Shown here piece by piece: positions 9,101 through 20,000 of a stretch of 64,000 nt of DNA. The DNA is taken from positions 3,530-67,529 of the IMG/VR virus record IMGVR_UViG_3300009132_000005, one strand, 5' to 3'. Under the pieces are notes generated by a model. It was not told the origin of the DNA. It did no database searches and was given only the letters and a program-made list of their open reading frames with translations. Position 1 is the stretch's first letter. The number at the start of each line of letters is the position of its first letter. The DNA is from a virus. Both the position numbers and the translations under genes were made by a program.

Positions 9101-12100
9101 TCACCTTTAAGGTTTTTATATTTTAATTCAACTATATCAACCATTGTTGATGAGTTATCTGCTAGATGTTCGCCTTTCATTTTACCTAAAGGACCATCTG
9201 TTATTGTTATATATTTCAAACCTGTTAAAGCTCTAAAACCTTCAGCGGCATTAGTCTGTAGCTGTAACATGTTTATCATTGAAACATCTGATATACCACT
9301 TTTTAAAAGCTTTTTAATCAAATATTTAAATAATATTTTATTTTGCGCATTAGCTTCTTTTATCTCTGTTTGAAGTTTTTCATCAAGCAGTTGTTCTATT
9401 TTTTCACTAGCTGTTGTATCGCTTTGTAATATTTTATCAATCCTAAAAAATAAACTACCAGCTATTTTTATATTCATAGGTCTGACTTTACTAATGTCAA
9501 AACCTTCAGGAAATTGAGCTTTAGTATTATTTAGTTTAGATTTTATATCTTGTAATCTTTGGTAAAAATCACCTGTAACACCATCCTGGTAAACAGTAAG
9601 ACCTTTACCTTCTTTCATTTTTCCTAACTCTTCAAGAGTTACATTTAGATCTTCAGCAACTGTTTGTTTTAATGATAATGTAGCTTCTTTATCTTGTTTC
9701 GTTTTAGCGGGGTCTAACACTCTGTTTATAAAACCTAATGCATCAAAGCCTATAACCTCTAAAATTTCAGCACCAAACTCATTTGCTAATATTTCCATGT
9801 CATCAGCAAATACTTTTCTAAGATCATAATCTGATTTGCTAGTTAATGCATTTTTGACTTGATCTTTAACTTCTTGTGGTATTGCTGGATTTTTTTGTAT
9901 TGCTTGCAAGAACTTATAAACTTTTTGATCTTGTATTAAACCACTTTCATATATGTCTTGTACTATTTTAGCCATTTCAGGCGTAAATTCTTTATTGTAT
10001 TTTTCGTTTAGAACACCTTTGCTATCAAAAACAGAATCATAATCACCTTTCATTACTATTTTAGCTAGCTTAGTAAGCTTTTGTAATCCACCAGCTTCAC
10101 TAACACTAAACGCTAATTCAGGATCTCTTTTTATATTTTCAGCTAATTTACCAGTTACACCATCATACATAGCTTGCATGCTGTCAGAATTTTCCATAGC
10201 TGTAAACGTAGCATCAAGTATTAGTTCATTCGCTAAAGCATCTTTTAATGCTTTATGCGTTGTTTCTCTACCATCGTATTCTACTACACCTGTTAAATTA
10301 CCATCTTTGTCAACATATCCTTGCTTGTCACCTCTACCTCTTATTTTTAAACCATCTACAAAAGCTTTTTCAACAAAATCAATAAACTCTGCTTTTTCAT
10401 CAGGTTTCATCTTGCTCATGTCTTTTGGTTTGTATATTTTATTACCAGCTTTTTCATCACTAACAAACTGCCCTTGATCACTTTGTTGATTTGCTTTTGA
10501 TACATCAACATTCATAGTACCAATAACTTCACTTAAAAATGGAAAACTTGATCTATGTTTTACAGCAATAAGGTTTATTAAACTTTGTAATGTTTCTTCG
10601 TTTCTTATAAAATCTTTAAATTTCTTTGATTTTTGAGCACCTATAATATTAGTTATATCAGCTCTTAAGTTTTTAGCAGCATAATCCTGTATTATAGTTC
10701 TGGCTCTTCTAGGGTTTAAATCTAGTAGTTCTTTTACTGTTTTACCTTTAAATTTACCTTTAGTATCTTTTAAATTTAAAAACATTTCAGTATTAACCTT
10801 TAATGTTTTGTCGTATAGTTGACCACCAAATTCTATGTTTAAAAGTTTTCTAAACTCATTAAAGTCTTGTGTAGTTTTATTTATATCTAAACTACTATCA
10901 GTTGTGCTTATTTCAAAAGGTTGACCTGATGATTTTATTTCATCTATAGAATCTACAAACCTACCATATGTTGGTGATTTTTTTACAAAATCTAATATTC
11001 TTAAATCTACTTGGCCTTGTCCTTGAATAGATGATTGAATCCATTGGTTTATATTAGTACCAACATTAGGGTTCCATCTTGATATTATTTCTGCTAAACC
11101 TCTTGACCTAGATTTTTCACCTAATACAAATTCAGACGTTAAGTTATCTATTTCATAATCATCTGTATTTACAGACATCGTTTGCTTAAACTTCTTTCTA
11201 ATAAAGTTTTCCCAATAAAGACCTATCATTTCACCTACGTCTTTCTTTTCGTCTTTACTTAGTTTGTTCCAGTCAACAGCATTTATAATATCTTCAGTTT
11301 GTTCAAATAAAGTTTTGTCATCAGTCATTGAATCTGCTTTCTCATCTATAGATAAGCCATCATCAACAGGTGTGTTTTTATATTTATCAAATACTTCTTC
11401 TATTCTTTTCTTATCTAGATCAGTTTTCTTTAACGTACCGTTATCTAGCTTTTGTCCTAGTGTTATTAAAAAATCTATAACATCATTAGGTTTAGACATA
11501 GTATCTCTATCAATACCAGTAAAACCACTAATCCACCTACCAAAAGCACCCATAAATTGTTTATCTTGTGGTCTTGATAAATCCATTTGACTAGCTCTTT
11601 CAATAAAACCAGCAATTATTTCAGCAGGTATAAAACCTTTTTCACCGACTTGTACTCTTTGTGAAAGATCAAAACCAAACATATCATTATAAACTCTTGG
11701 TTGGTTTTTAAGTAAATATTCAACTATATCATTAGCTATAGCAGCTTCTACAGCAGCTTTCTTAGCTTTACCCTCTTTAGTTCTACCATCACCAAATAAT
11801 TTTAATACTTTATCCCAGAGTATCAAGTGACTAGTTTCGTGTGTTTTAGTTTGAGTTCTACTATTTTTTATTTCGTTTTCTTCTATAGTAGCAAACCTAT
11901 ATTCACCATTTACTCTAGCAGCTATACCATTTCTAGTTCCTTTTTTTGCATTTTTTATAGATTCCCAGTATTTTCTTTCACTTTTACTTAAGTTTTCTTT
12001 AGCTAATTCTTCATTAGCTCTATTAACAGCATCAGCTTCAGTTGGAAATATATCCGATGTGTAGTTTAACGACATTTCTTTATCCGTTAATATTTTATTT

Positions 12101-14646
12101 ATAGCTGCCTTGTTTGCTGCAACTTGTTCTGTGTTGTATATTAACTCAGCTTCTTTGTTTATAGCAGATTCATTAGTGTTTTTACCTTCACTTTCAAGGT
12201 TTTTTCTAGCTTGTTTTAATATTCTATCATGTCTATCAGGATCAACACCTTTTAGTAAAGTAAATCTATTACCATATTTATCAGGGCTTTTAAACTCATC
12301 TAATATACCTTCTAGTCTTTTATATTTTAAAGACAAAGCATTTATCATTGTCTCTTTTTTCTTTTCACTTATATCTGTTCTAGCTTGTATAGCCAAAGCT
12401 TCAGCTCTAAGATCATATTGAGCGCCAACAATAGACTTGAAATCTTCATAAACATTGTAACCCATTTTAGCACTCCATGTTTCATTAAAACCATCTATTT
12501 GTTTTACTGTATCATCTTGTAGCTCTTTTAATTCTTTTCTTATTTCTACAGCTCTTTTTGTTCTACCTAACTTATTATCTTTTAACTGCTGATATTCTTG
12601 TTTTAGCTCACGCATTGTTTGAGCATTATTTAATATACCTTCAACAACCTCTTTATTAGCCATAGATCTAGCTGCAGCACCTGTAACAACACCACCAGCA
12701 CCCATAACACCACCAAAAAATCCACCAGCAAAAGCAGCGTGATCTACATTTTCCAATATAGGTCTACCAGTAAAAATATTCTGAAAAATACTAGTTAAAC
12801 CCTCTGTTGTTGATTCAAGTCCAGCACCAATGGCAAACTCTTTAAAAGCGTTCTTCTTAAAATATTGTTTACCACTTAACATGGTTAAATCATCACTTTG
12901 ATTTTTTAATAAAGTTTTAAAACCACCACTCAAAGCTGTTTTACCTATAATAAACGTAGGTGCAACACCTAAAGCACCTTCAGCTAAACCAAAACCAGTT
13001 CCAACAAGCATTTTATGTAAATCCGATGTGTTTTTATCGTTGTAATCAAGGTCATCTAATCTAGTTAAATATTCTTGATATGTCATATCACCTATTTGTT
13101 GACCCGCTGATTGAACACCTATAACACTACCAGCAGCTGCTGCTGATAAATATGTTCCAGCACCAAGAACACTAGCCGCACCACCAGTTGCTATCATACC
13201 AGCAAATATAGGTAACTGCCTACCACTTTCTTCAAATAAAAATCTTCCAAAGTTATTCAAACTATCAAAAGCATCATCAAAATCTACATCTTTTCTAAAT
13301 TTTTTTCTTTCAGCATCCATACGTTTTCTTCTTTCTTGACCATAGTCTTCGAAAAAAGTAAATTCATTTCCTTCTTTTGGATTATAAACAAGAGTAGATC
13401 CTCCACCCGGTAATGAAACACCTTCAAGATCTCTAAGTATATTCACACCAGCTTCTAAATATTCCATACCACCTGTTAATAAACCACCACCTACGTCTAG
13501 TATTTGAAAACCTAACTTATCTGCCATGCTAAAGTTTAATTTACTTATAGCTAGCTCTTCTTGTGCGTCTCTACCTATTTCAGATCTTTTTAATAATTCT
13601 TCGTATTGGTTTAATAAATCATCTTTAAGTACATTATAATTATGTATTGATGATTGCAGGTCATCATATTGTTCTTTTGATATAAATCTACCATCTAATA
13701 ATTGTAATTTTTCTGACCCTTCAGGTATATTAAATTTATAATCTGGGTTTTTAATATTTTCTTCAAACTCTGCAATTTTAACCGCATCTTCTCCGTTAGA
13801 TATACCAGTAGCTTTTATTTGTAACTTGTCATACTCTGTTTTTATAGTTTTTGCGTCGTTACTTTTTAATCTAACATCTTCATTATATATATTTATAGCT
13901 TTTCTTTCACCATCAGAAAAACCAGCCCAAGCACGATCAATTTCGCTGTCTATAGCTTTTTGTCTATCTAAAATGTTTTTTTGGAATTTAAAATAGTCTT
14001 GGACAAGATCTATTGGGGGAACTTCGCCTTCCCATGTTCGGAATTGTTCAGGTAGTGTTGATAAATTTGTTTTACCGTTTTCTTCTTCAGAGTTCTTTTT
14101 TCTTTCTGTAAATTCTGCTGTTATAGCATCTAACTCTTCTTTGTATGGATATACTGTGTTTTTTTCCCTAGTACCAAAATAATCATAAGAACCATAATTA
14201 GAGCCTGTTTTTGGCGATGATGATATTTCATAAGGTTCAAAACTTAAATTTTCGTTAGCAATTTTAGCTTCTTCTATTTTTCTTTTTAACTGAGGATTTA
14301 TATCTGGGTTATTTATTTCACCATAAGATAAGTAACCAATTACACCATCATCATACTCAACTGGCACGTTTCTTATATCATAAGTATCTTCGTACTGCTC
14401 TTCTTCTGTATACCCAATTGTTACCTGAGTACCACCTTTTGTTATTCTTGTTTTTGGTTTACTAGGTTTTGTATATACTGTTCTTTTTCTATCAGGATTT
14501 ATATTTCTACCCGGCTCTAGGTCTCTTTCTATCTCTCCAGTTTCAAACGCAGAAAATGGATCATCATTTACAATTTCTGTATTTACTGTAAAAGCTGCAA
14601 AAGGATCATTAGTCTCGCTGCCATCAAGCGTACTATTGTTCATCAT
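6187..14646 (-). CDS. Giant internal virion/ejected polyvalent-type protein with HExxH metallopeptidase and HAD phosphatase domains
   Basis: 2819 aa, downstream of tail genes. Gly/Ala hydrophobic stretch, THETSH motif, VFDFDDTL..LTAR..K..FADD HAD motifs. Confidence 0.7.
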   Translation of the reverse strand: MMNNSTLDGSETNDPFAAFTVNTEIVNDDPFSAFETGEIERDLEPGRNINPDRKRTVYTKPSKPKTRITKGGTQVTIGYTEEEQYEDTYDIRNVPVEYDDGVIGYLSYGEINNPDINPQLKRKIEEAKIANENLSFEPYEISSSPKTGSNYGSYDYFGTREKNTVYPYKEELDAITAEFTERKKNSEEENGKTNLSTLPEQFRTWEGEVPPIDLVQDYFKFQKNILDRQKAIDSEIDRAWAGFSDGERKAINIYNEDVRLKSNDAKTIKTEYDKLQIKATGISNGEDAVKIAEFEENIKNPDYKFNIPEGSEKLQLLDGRFISKEQYDDLQSSIHNYNVLKDDLLNQYEELLKRSEIGRDAQEELAISKLNFSMADKLGFQILDVGGGLLTGGMEYLEAGVNILRDLEGVSLPGGGSTLVYNPKEGNEFTFFEDYGQERRKRMDAERKKFRKDVDFDDAFDSLNNFGRFLFEESGRQLPIFAGMIATGGAASVLGAGTYLSAAAAGSVIGVQSAGQQIGDMTYQEYLTRLDDLDYNDKNTSDLHKMLVGTGFGLAEGALGVAPTFIIGKTALSGGFKTLLKNQSDDLTMLSGKQYFKKNAFKEFAIGAGLESTTEGLTSIFQNIFTGRPILENVDHAAFAGGFFGGVMGAGGVVTGAAARSMANKEVVEGILNNAQTMRELKQEYQQLKDNKLGRTKRAVEIRKELKELQDDTVKQIDGFNETWSAKMGYNVYEDFKSIVGAQYDLRAEALAIQARTDISEKKKETMINALSLKYKRLEGILDEFKSPDKYGNRFTLLKGVDPDRHDRILKQARKNLESEGKNTNESAINKEAELIYNTEQVAANKAAINKILTDKEMSLNYTSDIFPTEADAVNRANEELAKENLSKSERKYWESIKNAKKGTRNGIAARVNGEYRFATIEENEIKNSRTQTKTHETSHLILWDKVLKLFGDGRTKEGKAKKAAVEAAIANDIVEYLLKNQPRVYNDMFGFDLSQRVQVGEKGFIPAEIIAGFIERASQMDLSRPQDKQFMGAFGRWISGFTGIDRDTMSKPNDVIDFLITLGQKLDNGTLKKTDLDKKRIEEVFDKYKNTPVDDGLSIDEKADSMTDDKTLFEQTEDIINAVDWNKLSKDEKKDVGEMIGLYWENFIRKKFKQTMSVNTDDYEIDNLTSEFVLGEKSRSRGLAEIISRWNPNVGTNINQWIQSSIQGQGQVDLRILDFVKKSPTYGRFVDSIDEIKSSGQPFEISTTDSSLDINKTTQDFNEFRKLLNIEFGGQLYDKTLKVNTEMFLNLKDTKGKFKGKTVKELLDLNPRRARTIIQDYAAKNLRADITNIIGAQKSKKFKDFIRNEETLQSLINLIAVKHRSSFPFLSEVIGTMNVDVSKANQQSDQGQFVSDEKAGNKIYKPKDMSKMKPDEKAEFIDFVEKAFVDGLKIRGRGDKQGYVDKDGNLTGVVEYDGRETTHKALKDALANELILDATFTAMENSDSMQAMYDGVTGKLAENIKRDPELAFSVSEAGGLQKLTKLAKIVMKGDYDSVFDSKGVLNEKYNKEFTPEMAKIVQDIYESGLIQDQKVYKFLQAIQKNPAIPQEVKDQVKNALTSKSDYDLRKVFADDMEILANEFGAEILEVIGFDALGFINRVLDPAKTKQDKEATLSLKQTVAEDLNVTLEELGKMKEGKGLTVYQDGVTGDFYQRLQDIKSKLNNTKAQFPEGFDISKVRPMNIKIAGSLFFRIDKILQSDTTASEKIEQLLDEKLQTEIKEANAQNKILFKYLIKKLLKSGISDVSMINMLQLQTNAAEGFRALTGLKYITITDGPLGKMKGEHLADNSSTMVDIVELKYKNLKGEALDEAIDDILEYHDQWIGNRSQLDFVDVFGKNNPNKDLRIRLYPNPSQVFTFDMKPAETLIKQREDDIKLKVEQKKTKNARNTLEMANSLSGKRKGISVFDFDDTLAKSNSKVGVTMPDGSKRRINATEFALESADLEAAGAKFDFSEFNKVIDGKKGPLADLALKRQGKFGSGDIFVLTARPQEAAYAIHAFLKGIGLNIPIENITGLEDGRPQAKADWIINKVGEGYNDFYFADDAIKNIKAVKDALKDVDVKGRVELAFSESINYEDKINEIIAHQSGVSKDARFSRVVAQRKGKQSKFYILPSTAQDFEGLLYYMAGKGEQGSKDLAWLQNNLFKPYMKAVDAINIAKTSIISDFKKLNKNYKAESDKLTKLMQNGNFTYDQGIRVYIYNKQGQNIPGISKRDLNSILKEINSDPRLKQYADAIQNIGSGKDGVYPAPKDGWEMNSVLADLDNLTRKVGRKRFLEDWLKVIEATFTPDVFNKLEAIYGSTYVDALKDALWRMENGTNRPSGANATTNAWLNWVNNSVGTIMFFNRRSALLQGISFINFVNWSDNNPLKAAIAYGNQPQFWQDFAMIWNSPKLKQRRRGLQTDLQWQEIANAAKNSKNRFNSAISYLLQIGFTPTQLMDNFAIAAGGAPFYRNRFNTYKKQGLTDAEAKQKAFDDFSEIAEKTQQSGDPALISQEQASPLGRLVLAFQNVTQQMVRLQNKAGTMLIRRQKYEGMTQLQSDFTNVSKIVYYGAIQNFIFTFLQNAMFGLLPGFEGDEKDDLMKQIESENAKKARQINNMIDTLLRGSGLKGAVVSTIKNAIMQYQKQDAKGFRADHTYTLIELLNISPPIGSKARKVYSAIQTRKFNRDLLEERGFEITADGRINLAPSYEIIGNLASAFLNLPLDRVVSELDGIVEATDSRNRAWQRIALALGWRTWDVGAKNEEEDLMQIFIDLDKKQKKRDEKNKKKDPFAAFDN

Positions 14647-14647
14647 A

Positions 14648-16099
14648 TTATCTTAATTTACTTATTATTCTAATTATTTCGTCTTTATTTAAGCTAGGAT
14701 CTATTTTATGACCTGCATCTATTTTATTTCTTTCACTTGTTTTACTCATGCTTACTGGCACTAAATAAGTACCACCGCCACTTCCACCAGTTACCTTAGT
14801 TGTAACTCCTGCGGCAGTAAGTAAAGGTGTTTGTTCTTCTTGTGATAATTTTTCAAAATCCTCTATATTCATACCAAACAAAGTTTTATATGTTTTATCT
14901 GTGTAAAAAGTTTCATAATCATAAGGATATTGTTTACCGTTTCTAGTAATTGTAAATGACCTTGTGCCGCCCGTACCCTCTCTATTTATTATTTCAAAAC
15001 CTTCTTCCCAGATACTATCTTTTTTACCTGGTAAATTACTTAAATATAATCTCCAGTCTGATTGTGTAGGCGGTGTTTCAAAACCACCAAACCAAGTATT
15101 AACGTCTTTTTCAGTATCAGCGGGTGTTGTTTCAGTTATTTTAGGTAAAGAAGCTGTATAACCTGCATCAGCCTGCTCATTTAATTTAATCATATGAGCT
15201 TCAATCATTTTTTCTTTTAAAAGTTTTTCTGCATTTGCTTTTGCAACAGGATCATCACCTTGCATAGCTTGTATTTCGTTTTGATATATATTTGGATCTA
15301 ACAACGTACCACCCATATCCATTACGTCTTCAAAAGCAGCAGATAATATACCTCCAGTACTTTCTTTATTTAAAAGTTGTCTATAGTCATTTCTTTTTAA
15401 AGCAGCTTCATTTTCTGTTAATTTTTTCTTACCATCATAAGCATTAACATATGTTTCCATCATTACTCCACCTAGCGCGTAGTTTTTGTTAAAATGTTCA
15501 GGTAAGTCTTTTACACGCACTCCTAAAAAGCTCATATTACCATTAGCGTCTATTTCTGGTTTTATTTTATTACTTTTTATATCTGATATAAAAACCTTGT
15601 CTTCGTCAGATACAAAATCAGATATTAAAGAACTATCAGCATCCTCGTTAAACCCAGAAAACTTTTGATCTAATAATCTTAATTCATTAGGTATTTTATT
15701 TAGTATTAAATCTTCACTGGTATTAATAAGGTTAGACATGTGAGATTTACCCGCAAAATCAGTAGCACCCATGTTTTTACTTAAATGTGTGTAATAACCT
15801 CTTTGAGCACCTGTTTCAACAACAAGTGGCATTATTATAGATTTATATTCAGAAGGTAAATTTGTAAACTGAGAAAAATCAATTTGAGGTGAATTTTCTA
15901 AATTATGCTGTACTATTGCATCAGCTTGTCTTCTTTTTAATTCTTGTTCACTAACTTTAGGCCCTAAATTTATACCAGTACCTTTAGCGCCTTGATTAAC
16001 AGCTGAAAACACATTTATATTAGCATTAGAAACACCTTTTAAATTACCAAAGTAATTAGGTGTTCTAGGAGTTGTTGTAGTTTGTTTTGTTGTTGCCAT
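14648..16099 (-). CDS. Putative internal virion protein
   Basis: 483-aa ORF between a pilot-like gene and the giant protein. Call rests on position only. Confidence 0.5.
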   Translation of the reverse strand: MATTKQTTTTPRTPNYFGNLKGVSNANINVFSAVNQGAKGTGINLGPKVSEQELKRRQADAIVQHNLENSPQIDFSQFTNLPSEYKSIIMPLVVETGAQRGYYTHLSKNMGATDFAGKSHMSNLINTSEDLILNKIPNELRLLDQKFSGFNEDADSSLISDFVSDEDKVFISDIKSNKIKPEIDANGNMSFLGVRVKDLPEHFNKNYALGGVMMETYVNAYDGKKKLTENEAALKRNDYRQLLNKESTGGILSAAFEDVMDMGGTLLDPNIYQNEIQAMQGDDPVAKANAEKLLKEKMIEAHMIKLNEQADAGYTASLPKITETTPADTEKDVNTWFGGFETPPTQSDWRLYLSNLPGKKDSIWEEGFEIINREGTGGTRSFTITRNGKQYPYDYETFYTDKTYKTLFGMNIEDFEKLSQEEQTPLLTAAGVTTKVTGGSGGGTYLVPVSMSKTSERNKIDAGHKIDPSLNKDEIIRIISKLR

Positions 16100-16111
16100 T
16101 ATATTTATTTA

Positions 16112-16717
16112 TTATGGTTGATCATCACCAAATTGAGCACCTGCAGCAGCACCTAAAGCACCGACACCACCCATTATACTAGCCGTTGCGTTTGCCCTTG
16201 CTTGATTAGCTGCACTTAATCTGTTTTGAGCCATACTCATTAAACCACTAGCTTTTTGATATTCTAATCCTCTAGCGGCAGTTGCACCAGCTACTTCAGC
16301 TTGTTGAACTTGAGCAGCACCTTGAGCAGCCATTTTAGCATTAGCAGCTTCTTGTTGAGCTATGCTAGCAGATGCAGCTTGGTTTTGTTGAGCACTTGCG
16401 TTTGCCATTGATTGTGCTAAAGCAGCTATACCAGATCCACCGGCAGCTCCTTGCATAGAAGACATAGTATTAGCTAGAGCAGCTTGGTTTTGCTGTGCTG
16501 CAAAATCAGCGGCTTGCGTATTAACCGTTAGATCTTCATATGGATTTTCCATGTTAGCAGCTAAGTTAGATGTATCTAAATTCATCATTCTAGCCTTAGC
16601 TCTTGCCATTTCTTGTTGTGCAGCCCTTTGTTCACGTTTACGTTTACCGCTACCAATTATACCACCGGCGATACCTGCTAAACCTTGAACTCCTGCACTT
16701 ATTGCTGCTCCTGTCAT
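16112..16717 (-). CDS. Ala/Gln/Gly-rich ejection (pilot-like) protein
   Basis: Gly/Ala hydrophobic ends around an AQ-rich helical core, typical of podovirus ejection proteins. Confidence 0.6.
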   Translation of the reverse strand: MTGAAISAGVQGLAGIAGGIIGSGKRKREQRAAQQEMARAKARMMNLDTSNLAANMENPYEDLTVNTQAADFAAQQNQAALANTMSSMQGAAGGSGIAALAQSMANASAQQNQAASASIAQQEAANAKMAAQGAAQVQQAEVAGATAARGLEYQKASGLMSMAQNRLSAANQARANATASIMGGVGALGAAAGAQFGDDQP

Positions 16718-16752
16718 ATTTATTAATTATTACTTATTATTATTATTACACA

Positions 16753-17070
16753 CTATTTGCTAGATTCAAATACTTCACTACCAACATCATATAACTCACA
16801 AGGTGTTGTGGCGTCGTTTCTCATTTTAACCTCAGCATAATAACCTCTTATAGATGATGTATTACCTCTACTATCTTTGCTAAATAATATAAAATCATTA
16901 GCGGTTGGTCTAACAACAGTACCACCTATATCACAACTTATAGTAGTGTCTGTAACTGCAGTAGCTACACCCATTTCTACTATAGTACCACTAGTGTTTT
17001 GATAATACATAGTATCACCAACTTGTACTGAATCTTGAATATGTGGAAATGTCATTGTTATATTAGGCAT
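16753..17070 (-). CDS. Small structural protein
   Basis: SVQVGD.YY...FILFSKD...SS.RGYYAEVKM.N. Located in the tail module. Confidence 0.55.
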   Translation of the reverse strand: MPNITMTFPHIQDSVQVGDTMYYQNTSGTIVEMGVATAVTDTTISCDIGGTVVRPTANDFILFSKDSRGNTSSIRGYYAEVKMRNDATTPCELYDVGSEVFESSK

Positions 17071-17080
17071 ATCTTATAAA

Positions 17081-20000
17081 TTAAGGGACGTAATCTAAAT
17101 CTACATCTATTGTAAATGATACATCTGATGTTGATGATATTACTTCGTCTGTTTTTGCTGTCCAAGTATAGTGTAAATCTTGTGATGGGGCTACGCCAAC
17201 TAAACTTGTTTTTGTAATTGTTAATTCTTGTGTTTGATGTATTGCTGAGCTAGATGCTGATGATATACTTAAAGTTATTTGCTGTAATGAGTTGCCATGG
17301 AAGTTACCATACATAACACCAGTACCACTTGTTAAACTAGTAAGTGATAAAGTACCAACATCTATAGCTTTTACATTTGTACCACTATTTCCATTACCAT
17401 CATTGTAACTAAACCTGTGATCACCTACTATTATACCACTTGCATCACCTGTTACTGTAACTGATAGTAATCTTGAACCACCACCAGATCCACCAGAAAC
17501 ACTAAGAAAATCGTTTAAAGGTAATGTACTAGTTAAATCGCCATCACCATACTTATTGATAAACATATCACCAGTTATTGTAACCGTTTTTGGTGACGCT
17601 GAGTTATTTATAGTAACAACAGGTAAGCCAAAATCTAATTCAAAATTGTTTGTAAATATAGAGTGATCTTCATCTGTTGGTGTTGATACAAAACCTGTAA
17701 AATCATCAATTTCAGGATCTCTAGTTTTACTTATATTGTTAGTAGCTGTAGCAGTTAAACTTAAAGCTATTTTTGAAAAGTCAGATCCTTCAACAGGATA
17801 TGCACTTGCTGTGTATGTTTTAGTTGCTGCGCTCGATGTTATTGTAAAATCAGCTGTTTGAGAAGCATTTAAGCTTACAGTAACGTCAGCAAATTGATTT
17901 ATATAAAATGGGTTTTGTACTACATTAGAAGAGTTGTATACATTTCCTTGTAAAACAGGATCTCCAGCACTTGAAGGAGTTATAGGTAATAAAGTAGTTT
18001 CGCCTATTGCTTCTATTTGTATGTAATATCTTCTAGTCACAGTAGTTTCTAAAAACGGTATTGTAACAGAGTAAACACCAGTTGATGGTATTTCTAAATT
18101 TGTTTCAGATCCAACAAACGTTGTACCGTTCCACCACTCTGTAAATGTTATTGTTGTGCTACTTATAGTCTGTGCACTTGAGAGCGTAACCGATGTACCA
18201 TTAACACTAACAACAGTAACAGTACCACTTATACCAGTACCTGTAACTAACATACCGTTGTGTATGTCATTGTTTGCAGCTGTAAGCGTTAAAGTTGTAC
18301 TTGAACCTGAAGTGCTAGCTGTTGAAGTTGTAGAGTTTTTAAATCTAAAATCTGCACCAACCGCACCAAAAACTTTTACTTCTTTATCTGTTGCAAATCT
18401 AGGAACAACATTACCATTAACAACTCTATATCCTGTAATTTTATTAGTATCTGCAGCATTTTCTAAAACAGAACTAGCGTTAAATATAATTTCATCATCA
18501 TTAGTATTAGATGCAGGATATTTATAACTTATGCTATACACACGTACGTGTACGTCTTCTAAAGTTTTACTATCTGATCCAATAGTTATGTTAGTATTAG
18601 TTGTATCTTTATCTTGAAAAGTAATTATGTATTCACTTTCTGGATCCTCATCTTGTCTTGTTATTTTAAAGTCTGGTTGTTCAGTAAAATTGTAACCAAG
18701 ATCTAATGTTAATGTAACTGTAGCTGCTAAAGTTGTAGATGTATAATTACTAGGTAAACCTGTAGCTGAGTTGGTTGGTTGAGCTGTAGCGTTACCAGAA
18801 CCAGCATAACTAATTACAGCAGTTACATTTGAATCTGTTTGTTCTTTTATATTAAGATCGTTTAATAAATATTGTTTTAAAACACCATCACCTGTAACAG
18901 CTAAACTTATAGTTAAATCACTACTAGGCATGTTAACACCATCTGTAAAGTTTATTGTTGCTATTACATTATCACCACTTTGAGCGAAAGCAACACTATC
19001 TACATAAGTTCCAGTAGTACCTACGCTAAGATCACCAGCTGTCAACGTGCTACCTGTATTTGGTGTTATTAATATAGTTATACTAGAATTTGTACTGTGT
19101 ATTTCTGTACCTATTGTAACGTCAAATGTAGCGCCTGGGTTTGTTGTATTAGCAATACCAGTTAAAGCTACATTAACGGTTCTATCAGCTAAAGAAGTAT
19201 CACCAGATATATTAGTTAGCTGACCAACACCTTGAACATTAAATTCAGTAGAATCTAAGTTAGCTAAAGTTGTTGCATCACCTTTTATATTATTATAATA
19301 TCTACCTTCTTTTTTCTTAAACTCTTTTACAAAACCTTGTTGTAAGTCAGTTTGTATATATTCAGTATACCAACCTTTGGTATTTGTAGATGTAGCATTA
19401 CCATAATCATTTGTATATACTCTAGAGGCAGAACCTCCATAGTTTAATGTTTTAAAGCCTTTAATTGTTTCAGGCATTTCGTTTATTAAAAACGTTACAG
19501 ATGAATCATATTGTACACCATAAAAATTATTTCTAGTATCATTAGTGTGAACGTGTAATTCACCATTTTTTATAGAATAATACTTATTATTTAAAGACAA
19601 AGCAGCTTCAGGTATAAATGATTTAAAACTAGGAAAACCTCTAACTTTTTCATCAAAAGAAACTGTTTGATCACTTAATGTTAAATTATATAAACCTTTT
19701 GAACCATCATAACTACCTAATATTAATGTTGAATTAGGTAATGTGTCTTTAAAAAAGTCTCTCATGCCATGCTCTGATATTGCTGATAAACCATCTCTTG
19801 ATAATCTTAATACAGCACCTCTTGATTTATCTACAAAATAACATCTATAAGCATACGATGAAAATGACTCAGGGTTTTGTGATATACCATATTCACCTAT
19901 AAAAGGTATTGTTTGGCCTAAAACTCTATTTGTTGCTGTTAATTGTGGATTACCACTAGCTTCAAACAAAGCGTCTTTATTAGCTAATACTTTTAAAACT

